Positions 12,256 through 24,505 of a stretch of DNA of 64,000 bases are shown piece by piece. The translations under genes were made by a program, and so were the position numbers. Each line of letters opens with the position of its first letter. The first letter of the stretch is position 1. Under the pieces are notes generated by a model. The model was not told the DNA's origin. It saw nothing but the letters and a program-made list of their open reading frames with translations, and did no database searches. Source of the DNA: Macrostomum hystrix (lineage: Eukaryota > Animalia > Platyhelminthes); assembly GCA_950097015.1 (NCBI GenBank), contig CATNEN010000003.1, positions 12,772,001 through 12,836,000 on the forward strand, given 5' to 3'.

Positions 12256-13071
12256 TAAGATACGGCCTATTTAAAAAGTTGGCCTAGTTGAGGGGAATTA
12301 CAGTGTAGTGAGGTAGCCTTTGAATTAATCATTCACCACAATAGCTACCCAGCAGTCCATTCCTTGTGCTCTCCTGCTCAATTGCTAATCTATAGACTCA
12401 CCTCAATGGCGCACACACACCCAAACATGTCATCCCCATGGGCTGTCTGCCCGTCCAGCCCTAGAGTATTCCAGTTTATACTCAGATAGAAAGGTAAGGA
12501 GAAAGAGACAGGGAGAGAGCAAATACATCATCGTTAGTTTGAGCAGTCGGACAATGAGCAGTTGTGCAAAGATAAGGAGAGCATGGACACTCGTTGGACT
12601 GCCAAATGCAGAGTAGATTGTCCAGCCAGAGCCTATCAAATTGTCTCTGGGCTCTCCGATTAAGCTGCTCAGATTTGGCTCAATCCACCCATCCAGCACT
12701 TCTTAGGCGTCACGCCCAATGTTAGATGTTTTATCCAGCAGACTTCCACCTTTGGCCTGTTCCATCGCCGAGAAAAAACAGCATTTTCTCCACAATTGTG
12801 TCGTTTATAACTTGTAGGAATAAAAGCGAATAGATTACAATACAAACACTTCTATCCAAACTCGTTCTGTCTTTCCATTTCTCTACAATCTTTCTCTGTC
12901 TCAACTCTAATTGTATAAGTACTCAAGCCAAACTACTAGAAAAAACTGAGAGACAAGCCAACAGCGGAAACATCTAAACTGAAATATCTCGAGCCCTTCT
13001 AACGCCCACACAATATTTACTGACTGCTCGCAAAAAAGCAATAGTTTTGAACTCATAGTTCAGCTTTGATC

Positions 13072-13298
13072 ATGGCAGCCAGAAAACTAGCCAGAGCTCC
13101 GTTGCCACCGCAGCAGCAGCAGCAGCAGCGACTGCGCAATGGTCAAGATGAGATCGCCAGCACCATGAACTTCGGCATCGAGAGCAGCAGCGACGGTGGC
13201 AGCGAGGTAACGGACGCAGTTGTGCAGCTGAAAAGACAGAATGAGTTTTCTGCTCGCGGAGCTGTTACTGACGTCCAACAGACACGGCCTAGTCAACT

Positions 13299-13331
<33 letters not shown>

Positions 13332-13776
13332 AGTGCGTCTGAGAAGAACGGCCTACTTGCCTAACAAGGCACCGCCTCCGCCGCCACCACCGCCGCCGCA
13401 ACCGCAGATTCAACCGACGGGTCCCCATCAAGGTCCTGACCAGCAGCGTCCAAGCAGTACTATTGTGCACCAGACAGTGTACACCAGATCGAAGGAGCCG
13501 GCCACTATCAGCCGATTGACGAATCCATTCGCTCCAACTCCGAGGCCGAACAGTCAGCAAGTTTGGGCGGGCAACAATGGCGGTAATCTGTCGCACAGGT
13601 CGTCAGGAAGTCGGCAAAGTCTTAACTCTTTCGGTGGCGGCGGCGGCGGCGGCAGTGGCAATCATAGTGGGCACACTTTGAAGGGCCGCTTGTCGAACCT
13701 GTTTCGACGGAAGAGTCGCAAGCCTTTGCCGCAGCAACAGCAGCAGCAGCAGCAATGGGTGGGTAATCAAACTCTG

Positions 13777-13807
<31 letters not shown>

Positions 13808-14250
13808 GTCAGAGGAGACACTCGGGTGGTTCTGCACCCGCTGGTGCTTACATGAACGGTCAAGGGCAGCATCAGCAGCAGCTTCAGCTAGCCAGTCGCA
13901 AAAATCTGCACACTTTCACATACACGGATGCCAAAATCTACAACCCGAACAACGCTGTGCATTTCGCAGCTCCATTGACACAGACTCCGCGCCTGACTAG
14001 CCCGCCGTCAACTCCAGGTGTGCGCGGCATGAAAAGCCCTGCTCCGCCACCCCCACTGACGAACTCTTCGCATGTCAACAGTGCAGTTGACGATCAATCA
14101 GTTGACGACCAAGCCACCAGCTCTCGCAATCCGGTTTGGTGGAACATGCGCACAATGGGCGCTACAAGGAGTGCGTACAGTACCGATGTACTTCTGGTAA
14201 AAAATGCCGAACCGGCGCCTGATTATGAGACAGAGACCACGCGATTCTGA
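13072..14250 (+). CDS. Uncharacterised low-complexity Q/P/G-rich protein (about 392 aa), single coding exon
   Basis: 1.18-kb GC-rich ORF in AT-rich flanks, ATG in good context (atcATGG), acceptor-like ttcag 8 nt upstream. It has polyQ, polyP and polyG tracts and ends in PAPDYETETTRF. No domain was recognised. Confidence 0.75.
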
Positions 14251-15705
14251 TTTACTTTCTATGTTCAGGTGCTTTTGTCTCAATTTGCAGTATATGAAAA
14301 CTGGCATCGTATGTTAATATGTATGCACTTTATGAAAAGGGGAATCCAGATATGTGAAAAGACACGCATTACCTGCGTGATCACTCTGCTAAGTAACGCT
14401 TCAAGGTCACATTGGTCAGTCATTTTCCGTTTGAATGCTCAAGGTCACATTTGCCAAGCCACGAGAGACTTTCGTGTCTTGTTAAACGATCAAGCTGTAC
14501 TTTTAACATTTTGCACTTTTAAAACAATTGTACATTAACTTTTATATATCGAAAACTAACTGATGTTAAATGTATTTTATTATCATCGGATAGCTTAGAT
14601 TAAGATTGAGCCCAATATTTCGTGTTTTTCATACACCATTCATTGTTCCACCATTTGCTTACAAACATAAATAATTAGTAAATATATGTTTTAACAATGT
14701 AAATTAACAATCTATTTTACTACCTCGAAAATTTAGATAAGAAATATAATTTAAGAACCATGAAAAACAATAAAGACGAACACGGATCGAAGTCCAATCG
14801 ATTAGTTTTCTGAATAAAAAGAAAAGGTTACAATTGTCAGTCAGTCAGTCATAAACTGTTAGTCTTGCAAGCATTGCAGAACAGATTTTGGTCTAGCAGC
14901 TTTATTATATTTTTGTGCATTGTTTGTCTCGCTTTCACTAATGTGTGTAGCAAAGGGACAAAGACTTGATGAAGAAAATCGACAGGTGATAAAAACTGGA
15001 AAATCAATGAGAAAGATGGACAGGCAGGTAGAAAAACAAATTGCACTTTGATGCTTTAGATCGACTGACTTCTTTGAACATCAAGTAAAGACAGGGAACT
15101 ATTTTAGTAAATAGTAAAATAAAAAGTTATTGCAAAGCCAATTTTTTTAAACTATACAAAGCAAGCAAAACAAGCGGAGACTAGACCAAGACAGAGCAGT
15201 CAGTCTGTTTAAAAAAAAACATTTTTTTAATTCGAAGATTGTTTAAATTGTGAATATTCAAAGTTTCTTGCTTATTAACGAAAGTTTTTTGAAGCTTTTG
15301 CGAATGAAAAAATGGGATTAAAAATAGCGTTAAATGAAAAATCTTCAATCCACACAGGCATGTACAGTTGTGCTTGCGTGTGAAGCAACAAGCTCGCTGT
15401 TTTAGTCTTATTTACTCTCGTGGTCTCTTCCACTGTTAGCAACGATTGGCTAGCGTATCTAGCTTATTTTCTAACCCAATTATCGTCGCTGATAGGCTGC
15501 GCGAGCTTCAGCCTAACTCCATTTTCTATCTCTAACTAGTAGCTGATTGGCTAGACAAGTTTTATTTTAACCCAAGCTTTCTAATCCCTCCTCGCTGATT
15601 GGCTAGACAAACATTTTTTTCAAACCCTACTTTCTAGCCCTCGACCGTCACTCATTGGCTAGACGAGTTTATTTTAGATTTTTATAAAAAAAAATATGCG
15701 AGTCC

Positions 15706-18700
15706 TCAAGAGAAATCCCTATCCGGAAAGATTACCGGAGCCCACAGAGTCCAGACGTAGAGCAGAGCGCACAACCAGGCGGAGACGGTCTTAATCCACA
15801 GAGCCGCTTCGTTAGTTTGCATCGACTGCAGATTCGAGCTCGGGCTATACCAGTTTGTCAGCGTCATCATGACGTAAAGAGTGGCTAAAGCCATCATGAA
15901 GTGCAGCATGCTGTAGGAATAAGCCACTTCCTCTTCTTCGTCGTTGACAACAACTTGATCTTGATATTCTTGAGCCTTCGATTCAATTTTGCCGTCGTTA
16001 TCATTTGCCTGCACATTAGAAAATACATATAAATTATATCAACTCTTAATGACAGGAATGATTACTCTTTATTACATACTACTTATCAGTAGGCTAGGTA
16101 GCATACAAGAAAAACAAAAGGTTTGTATATATTCCGTAAAATTTTTAATTCAGCAATTCGCTTGGAAGCAATATTTTCTGCAACATGCATTAATGATGAC
16201 ATTAAACGGTATTAATGTATTTCTTACATCAACAGACTCCAAAAGTATTGGCTTGTCCATGTTGTCATTGGCCTAAAATCGACAGGTAAATTTTTTTTTG
16301 TTCAAAAAGTTATTAATAAACTTAACAAATAACACACAAAACAGAGAGATACATCGAAACAGAATAATTAATAGCATAATAAAACAGAACTGAGAACGTT
16401 GTTTTGTAATAATTAAACGACCTGGATAGTTGAATCATGGGATTGAGGAATCATGGGATTGAGGAATCATGGGATTGAGGAATCATGGGATTGAGGAATC
16501 CTGGGATTGAGGAATTCTGGGATTGAGAAATCCTGGGATTGAGAAATCCTGGGATTGAGAAATCCTGGGATTGAGGAATTCTGGGATTGAGAAATCCTGG
16601 GATTGAGAAATCCTGGGAGTGAGAAATCCTGGGATGAGAAATCAGTGGATCTCGAAACTCTAAAGGATTTTTCTTTCTAGGCCAAAAAGACGGATTTCTA
16701 GGATACATCAATAAACAAAGTACTTTTTGGGAAACATGATGAAACCGAATCAAAATAAAGCATCTGTCTTCTATTCTCACATTCATATCCAAGCGACCAA
16801 CGCTGCTGTGAGCGGAAGTGCGCAGAATCGAGTAGAGCACGGCCACCATGAATACAAACAATGTGGCCCAGGTCTGAGGTTCGAATCCCATAGAAACGGA
16901 AGTCTGACTATCAGTGCCGCTAGGCTTTCCATCTTTATCTGGCAGCCTTCTGGTGTAATTGCTGATTGATAGGGACGGATTACAGGCGGGCAGAGTGCTG
17001 GAACTCACGGCGGACCAGGTCAGGTACATGATGTACAAAGAGATCAGTCCGCCCTGCAGCAGGCCGGAGCGCTGGCGTTCCTGAACAGCCGGCAGGACCG
17101 AGGTTCCGCTGGCGATGATGCAGAGAATGAGGTTCACGGAGATCAGGGCCCGGTTGGTTGCACACTCAGCTGCAATTGAATCATGGGCGCATGGCATTGA
17201 TTGTGTGGAGTTAGATCGCTTCCTAAATGCTGCGTACAGTCTGTGGACTGTGGACAATGTGAGCTCAGGAGTCAACGGAGTGGGCAGAATTGCCGCCTCG
17301 CTGGCTGCGAGTCTAGTTTCACCAAAATAGAAGACACAAATTGTCTTCCTTCAGCTAAGATACGAACTCCCGACGCTCAGGTCAGAATTTCAAAGCTCCC
17401 TGTGGGTCACAAAGTAAAGTAAAAATAGCTCAAAGCCTCACGATTGGCTCCGTAGTAGACAAACAGAAGCACAGTGAGTGTGACAGCTGCGGCGTAGAAT
17501 ATACTGGTGAAAAACATTAGTCCGCAGTAGTACCACTTGCTGTCAGACTCTTCATAGCCTTGAGTCCATCGCTCGTTCCAGCAATGTGCAAAGTCGATAA
17601 GCAGCACCAGCTGGATGATGATGAATAGCAGGCTGCCGCACATGCCGAAGATCATCCACAGGGTGGCAAACTCGCTGCTCGACGGAATGTAAAATGCGCC
17701 AACCCAGAGTAGGACTAGGGCCAATAGTTTGAAGAACCAGAAGCCGTTGTGAATTATGGCGCGAATGTCCCTGCGACAGAGAAGAAGTTTTAGGGATGCA
17801 GTGAGTGTGAAGGGATGCAGGGAGTGTGAGGGGATGAAGGGAGTGTGAAGGGATGCAGGGAGTGTGAAGGGATGCAGGGAGTGTGAAGGGATGCAGGGAG
17901 CGTGAGGGGATGAAGGGAGTGTGAAGGGATGCAGGGAGTGTGAAGGGATGCAGGGAGTGTGAAGGGATGCAGGGAGTGTGAAGGGATCCAGGGCGTGTGA
18001 AGGGATGCAGGGAGTGTGAGGGGATGCAGGGCGTGTGAAGGGATGCAGGGAGTGTGAAGGCATGCAGGGAGTGTGAAGGGATGCAGGGAGTGTGAAGGGA
18101 TGCAGGGAGTGTGAGGGGATGAAGGGAGTGTGAAGGGATGCAGGGAGTGTGAAGGGATGCAGGGAGTGTGAAGGCATGCAGGGAGTGTGAAGGGATGCAG
18201 GGAGTGTGAAGGGATGCAGGGAGTGTGAGGGGATGAAGGGAGTGTGAAGGGATGCAGGGAGTGTGAAGGGATGCAGGGAGTGTGAGGGGATGAAGGGAGT
18301 GTGAAGGGATGCAGGGAGTGTGAGGGGATGAAGGGAGTGTGAAGGGATGCAGGGAGTGTGAAGGGATGCAGGGAGTGTGAAGGGATGCAGGGAGTGTGAA
18401 GGGATGCAGGGAGTGTGAGGGGATGAAGGGAGTGTGAAGGGATGCAGGGAGTGTGAAGGGATGCAGGGAGTGTGAAGGGATGCAGGGAGTGTGAAGGGAT
18501 GCAGGGAGTGTGAGGGGATGAAGGGAGTGTGAAGGGATGCAGGGAGTGTGAAGGGATGCAGGGAGTGTGAAGGGATGCAGGGCGTGTGAAGGGATGCAGG
18601 GAGTGTGAAGGGATGCAGGGAGTGTGAAGGGATGCAGGGAGTGTGAGGGGATGAAGGGAGTGTGAAGGGATGCAGGGAGTGTGAAGGCATGCAGGGAGTG

Positions 18701-19498
18701 TGAAGGGATGCAGGGAGTGTGAAGGGATGCAGGGAGTGTGAGGGGATGCAGGGAGTGTGAGGGGATGCAGGGCGTGTGAAGGGATGCAGGGAGTGTGAAG
18801 GCATGCAGGGAGTGTGAAGGGATGCAGGGAGTGTGAAGGGATGCAGGGAGTGTGAGGGGATGAAGGGAGTGTGAAGGGATGCAGGGAGTGTGAAGGGATG
18901 CAGGGAGTGTGAAGGGATGCAGGGAGTGTGAGGGGATGAAGGGAGTGTGAAGGGATGCAGGGAGTGTGAGGGGATGAAGGGAGTGTGAAGGGATGCAGGG
19001 AGTGTGAAGGGATGCAGGGAGTGTGAGGGGATGAAGGGAGTGTGAAGGGATGCAGGGAGTGTGAAGGGATTATGGAATAAGATTAAGACTTAAAAGTTCG
19101 CTACAAACCTCAACTGGAAAGACCACTCACTTGCTGTTAGAGACTTGAATAGTGATAAGCGACATCAGCACAAAAAAGATGGTGGCGCCAAACTCGATTC
19201 GATAGACAGCCTGGTAGCCCAGCACCAGTTCGCAGTTGAGGCCGCTGCTGAGTCCCGTGTCCAGTTGGCCTATTTTGGTGTGAATTTTGTAGGTGTCGCA
19301 GAGAGCAGGCACCTTAGACAGCAGAACCCTAGAACCTGGTGCCAGCATTATACAACTCAGAACAGTGCTCAGCAGGAAAATGGCTGAGTACATTAGCCTA
19401 CTAGAGGTGGAGCTGCGACACGCAGGCAGGCATGAGCAGCATAGACTGGCTGCCGAAGAGCAGAAGCAGCAAGCTAGGGTACCAACACAGCAGCCCAT
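15706..19498 (-). CDS. SERINC: Serine incorporator (SERINC/TMS1 family), 477 aa. Exons 19498-19131, 17770-17442, 17169-16781, 16272-16228, 16008-15706.
   Basis: MGCC Cys-rich N-terminus and family motifs GYQAVYRI, IHNGFWFFK, IQLVLLIDFAHCWNERW, SGLLQ, YIMYLTWSA, LYVMMTLTNW and a PDRDFS C-terminus. All introns are GT-AG with matching phases, total 1434 nt. Confidence 0.95.
16430..16642. repeat. 16-bp minisatellite (gggattgagaaatcct) in SERINC intron 3
   Basis: Visible tandem array. Confidence 0.9.
17235..17326 (+). mobile_element. SINE family A fragment in SERINC intron 2
   Basis: gctcaggagtcaacggagtgggcagaattgccgcctcgctggctgcgagtctagtttcaccaaa matches 54510-54578. Confidence 0.7.
17790..19072. 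repeat. 19-bp minisatellite (gggagtgtgaagggatgca) filling most of SERINC intron 1
   Basis: Homogeneous tandem array of about 67 units. Confidence 0.97.
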
Positions 19499-21659
19499 GA
19501 TTCAGTTCGTGCACTCTTGCTTGTTTGCAGCTTAACAAAAATGTTGACACAATTTTGTTGGCAGTGCTAGCTATATTTCTGAAAATGTCTTTATAATTTT
19601 TCAGGCATCATACACAAATGTATATATATATATAAATATAAAACTAATCAATCTTTATAAAAATCAAAAGTTCAAATGCTTTACAAAAATTCTAAATTTT
19701 CCAAATAAAGCAATATTGAAAATACATAGACTGATATATGAATTTGGAGACATACACAGTGCTTTAATTCTTGATTATTAATTATTTGACATACTCATGT
19801 TTATTGTTTAATTAGTTTTACATAAAAATTCTAATCACCTGTTACACACATGTTATTTTGCTGATTAAAACCATGATCTAGATCTGGAATGCAAAATTTA
19901 ATATGAAGTAATAAGTAAAGTACAATGCTCGCTGGGCACAGAAACTAGGTTTGTTATATCTGCTCCAGTTTGGCAATTTTTAGTGGTCAAGAACTTTTAC
20001 TGATAAAAACTATGATATTTGTTGTATTTGCAAGTTGCATACAATCAATAGAATCTAGATCAGATTTTTAAAGAAAATCTTATTTAATTTAAAAAGATCA
20101 TATTGGTCCTTCAAATTAAAATGATAACAAAGGTAACAATAAAATTCTGAAGGCTAAACTATATTTCTCAGAAAGATAATTTTACACACAAAGAAACAAA
20201 CTACTAATTATATATAAATAATTTAGTCAGAGAGACAGACACATGAAAAATATTTTGTATAAGAGTACCTGAAACTTTTGTTACGACAAAATGGTTTGTT
20301 GGTTTGTAAAGTTTAAATAATTAAATAAAAGTGATATTGTCGACAGCGCTAGCTAACCGGACAGCGCCAAGCTGTTTTTGTAAGAAACACAGGCTATTTT
20401 GAGAAAGCGCGTCAACTAAAATCGGTTAAACTGATTAAAACAAAACTGTTTTAAGACTGGTCCTAGTTACACAAGTGAATTCGCTTCTGTGTATGTCAAA
20501 AAAACATATTTCATCATATGTCATACTTTTGTAAATATATAAATTATGCATAGAAAACTGTTAGTGCTAGTCGTAATAGGTTGACTAAAAAAATTAAAAC
20601 CCTGTCTTTCGTTTTTTGGCGTTTTTTTACTCTCGAGACGCATTTCACTCTCGTCTGTCAGAACAGAGTTAATAGCAGTATTATATATCTTTCGCATTAT
20701 ACTTCGCGTTATATAAATTGATATCCTTGCTTGCTTTCCATGCCGAAAATGCATTTTATATAGTTCGATACTACATTTTCTAGTTTCTAAAACCACATTG
20801 TCTTTCGACCATTGTCCCCGCTTTCCATTATCGCAAAAAGGTGCCAGTTTTTATACCTTATATTTGTTTACTATAATACAAAATACTATTTCTAATCTCT
20901 ACTTTACGCCCTTATGAAACTAATTTACATTTACAATTTACAATTCGCAAGGCGCTGAGTTATCGGGTGGTGGGTCGGGAGCGGAGTTGCCACTCAGAAT
21001 TTAGGAAGGGGCGTCGATTGTGGCGTGAAGGCTTAGTCTTTGGTTTTGATCTGTATATGACTCGATTATAACGAGTTGATTAATTACACATGCGTCATCT
21101 AAAAACGTCAATATGCTTTGCCCCCCAAACCGATTCTACTAGCTATATATACTATAAAAAGTGTGAAGTAGTAAAAAATTCAGCTTTTTAAATAATTTAA
21201 ATCGATTGTTTTTAGAATTTTATTTAGAAAAAATTGAAAAAAATGATTCGAATTTCAAACAAGAAATGCGAGCTTACTCTACGTGCACATCATATAATAA
21301 ATCAGAAGACAATTCAGTAGATTGTTTTAAAATTATTAACGACGAAGAAGAGAAAATCACTTATGCTAGTCAGTTAAAGTACATCTGGGAGCTTTGCTCG
21401 TTCCCAGCGCCGAGAATGAATTCTAGAATTTCAAATACGAAGACAATTGGGTCATATGTAAGAATTCCAATAGACTTGATGAAGAGAGATATAGTTTCTG
21501 GCGAAAACTTCGCTAGCCAGAAAACACAAAACTACTGGGTCACATCAGATCATTTTCAGTACCAGTAAATGAGCAAACGATCATAAATGGGATTTAAAAA
21601 TGCATTCACAACGTGCGTAACTCACATCAGCTTAGAAAGGACTTAAAAGGCTTTTGTCG

Positions 21660-22618
21660 AGCATCATTCAATCCACCTGAAGGTTTTTGTCTAACATCAT
21701 TCAATCCACCTGAAGGTTTTTGTCTACCTGACAAGGCCACCTGAAGGTGTTTGTCTAACATAATTCAATCCACCTGAAGGTGTTTGTCTAACATCATTCA
21801 ATCCACCTGAAGGTTTCTGTCTAACATAATTCAATCCACCTGAAGGTGTTTGTCTACCTGACAAGGCCACCTGAAGGTGTTTGTCTAACATAATTCAATC
21901 CACCTGAAGGTGTTTGTCTAACATCATTCAATCCACCTGAAGGTTTCTGTCTAACATAATTCAATCCACCTGAAGGTTTCTGTCTAACATAATTCAATCC
22001 ACCTGAAGGTTTTTGTCTAACATAATTCAATCCACCTGAAGGTTTCCGTCTAACATAATTCAATCCACCTGAAGGTTTTTGTCTAACATAATTCAATCCA
22101 CCTGAAGGTTTCCGTCTAACATAATTCAATCCACCTGAAGGTTTTTGTCTAACATAATTCAATCCACCTGAAGGTTTCCGTCTAACATAATTCAATCCAC
22201 CTGAAGGTGTTTGTCTAACATCATTCAATCCACCTGAAGGTTTCTGTCTAACATAATTCAATCCACCTGAAGGTTTCCGTCTAACATAATTCAATCCACC
22301 TGAAGGTTTTTGTCTAACATAATTCAATCCACCTGAAGGTTTCCGTCTAACATAATTCAATCCACCTGAAGGTTTTTGTCTAACATAATTCAATCCACCT
22401 GAAGGTTTCCGTCTAACATAATTCAATCCACCTGAAGGTTTCTGTCTAACATAATTCAATCCACCTGAAGGTTTCCGTCTCACATAATTCAATCCACCTG
22501 AAGGTGTTTGTCTAACATCATTCAATCCACCTGAAGGTTTCTGTCTAACATCATTCAATCCACCTGAAGGTTTTTTTCTAACATCATTCAATCCACCTGA
22601 AGGTTTCTGTCTAACATC
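21660..22618. repeat. 33-bp minisatellite (ttcaatccacctgaaggtttttgtctaacataa), about 29 copies
   Basis: Visible tandem array just 3' of the PPP1R3-like stop codon. Confidence 0.97.
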
Positions 22619-22737
22619 TGATGATATTTTCAATTCCACTCAGGATGCCAGAAATATTCTTGCGCAAAATATGATTCTCAGACTTATGTATTCTCAGATC
22701 TCAGACTATCAGAAAAAAGTTGCACAGAATCAGTTTT

Positions 22738-24471
22738 TCAGCGATTATAGACGTAAATGTAGTTCCTACCGGCGTTGTTATCCCAGAATGTCTGGCCCGC
22801 TGCCGTATACTTCAGCGCTATTTCAAAGCCAGCAGCAAGCGGCGGCAGTCGCAGCCTAGTCCGGAACCTGTCCTCCCCGGTTTGCAGTGTACCGCAATGG
22901 CGCAACTCCCAGTCGGACTGGTGTCGCCAATTGTCGAAAGTCACCCTGGCTGTGACGCACTTTTCAGTGGCCAAGTTCAACACTAGAACGGTTAGGTCGA
23001 CGATAGGAGGATCAGAAAAGAATTTGACACTCTCCAATGAGACAGGGCGACCGGAAACTGCAGGACTTCGCGTCAGATCCCAAGGTGTTATTGATGACCA
23101 GTTCAGATCTTCAGTCTGCTGAAGAGAGGCCACGGCCATTGGTGACGGCGTCAGTGACAAAGACTGCGACAGAGACTCAGTACCGGTGGCGAACAGGCGG
23201 CCCTTGTTGAGTTCGCTGTTCTCAGCGACGTCACTAGTTAGACAGAGGCCGCTGAGCAGGTCGGACATTGTCAGGGCGTTGCTGGGACCACCGGCTGCGA
23301 CGGCTGAGACGTCCACAGTGGCGACAGCTTTCATTGGCGGCTCAAACTGAAAATATTTTGAAATGCCTCTTGAGCGGAAGGCATATTGGGAGACGGTGTG
23401 GGATCAGTCTGGGGTCAGCAATGCCAGGGATTCGGCGAGGGAGTGCGCTGCTGTGGATTTTCGGATCGGGATCTGAAAAATCGGGAATCAAAATCGGGTT
23501 GAACTAGTTTAAAGGGCCAATCAAGAGCATCTGCATTCTGACCTCAAACAGCCAGTCGTCATAGTCGAATCCAGGTGCAAATATCGGCACAGATGAAGCT
23601 CCAGCAATGAGCATCACCGATGCCAGATCGAAGCCCAGAGCGTCTGCGAATCGAACTCGCTTTCTCAGTCTCACCGGACAGTCCATAGATTCTGTGACGT
23701 CAGTTTTCGTTGATCCCCGTCTAGCTGCTTTCTGCGCTGTCGGTGGTGGTGGCGGTGGTCGATGCTGTTGCTGCTGCTGCTCTTGCTGATGATGCTGTTG
23801 AGCACTCCATCGCCTGTTGCCAAGGCTATCCGGTAGGTCGTTTCTTCTAAAAGAAAACTCGTGATCACGCATTGTTGTTGGTCCTGATCGAGTCCTGCGA
23901 ACCGGCGGTCGTTGATGCGTGAGCTCATTGTCCAGGTAGTAGCTCCACTGGCCGCCGCTAATTGTCGGTGACACAGCCGGTTGCATTAGTTCACCACAGA
24001 AATTGGGCAAAAAGCCAGCAGCGATAGCTGTGCTGTTCGCGTCACCACAGATGCTGCTGGCTACTGCTGCTGCTCCTGCTGCTGTGGACTGGGGATTGAA
24101 AAGAATAAGGCATGAACTTTAAAACTGATCATAATAAATAATATTAATTTATTACACCTGCCCCGATGTTCAGCCGACAGCACAGCCGCAGCTATTGTGC
24201 AGCGCATCTGATGGCTGCGTACAGCTGTTCAGTCCATGGACTGAGTGGACGCCACCCCCAACCTCAATTACCCCAGCTGATGCTGGTACCCATTTAACCC
24301 ATGGGTGAACTGAATCAATGCAGAGTTAAGTGTCTGGCTAAATGACACAAAACCGTTCCAGTGGAGTCGGGAATCGAACCCAGACCAATTAGGGATAAAC
24401 AAGCGTTACCTTTAGTTCAGGAGTGCATTGCACTAGCTGCAGCTGAGGCATCGATCCTGCAGCAGACTGTG

Positions 24472-24505
<34 letters not shown>

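Noticed and set aside
21206-21568. 120-aa ORF
   Set aside because: AT-rich, TTG start, no recognisable motif or splice support.
23347-23472. Alternative PPP1R3 acceptor at 23472 (tttttcag)
   Set aside because: It leads to an in-frame TGA. The acceptor at 23346 gives an open frame into CBM21.
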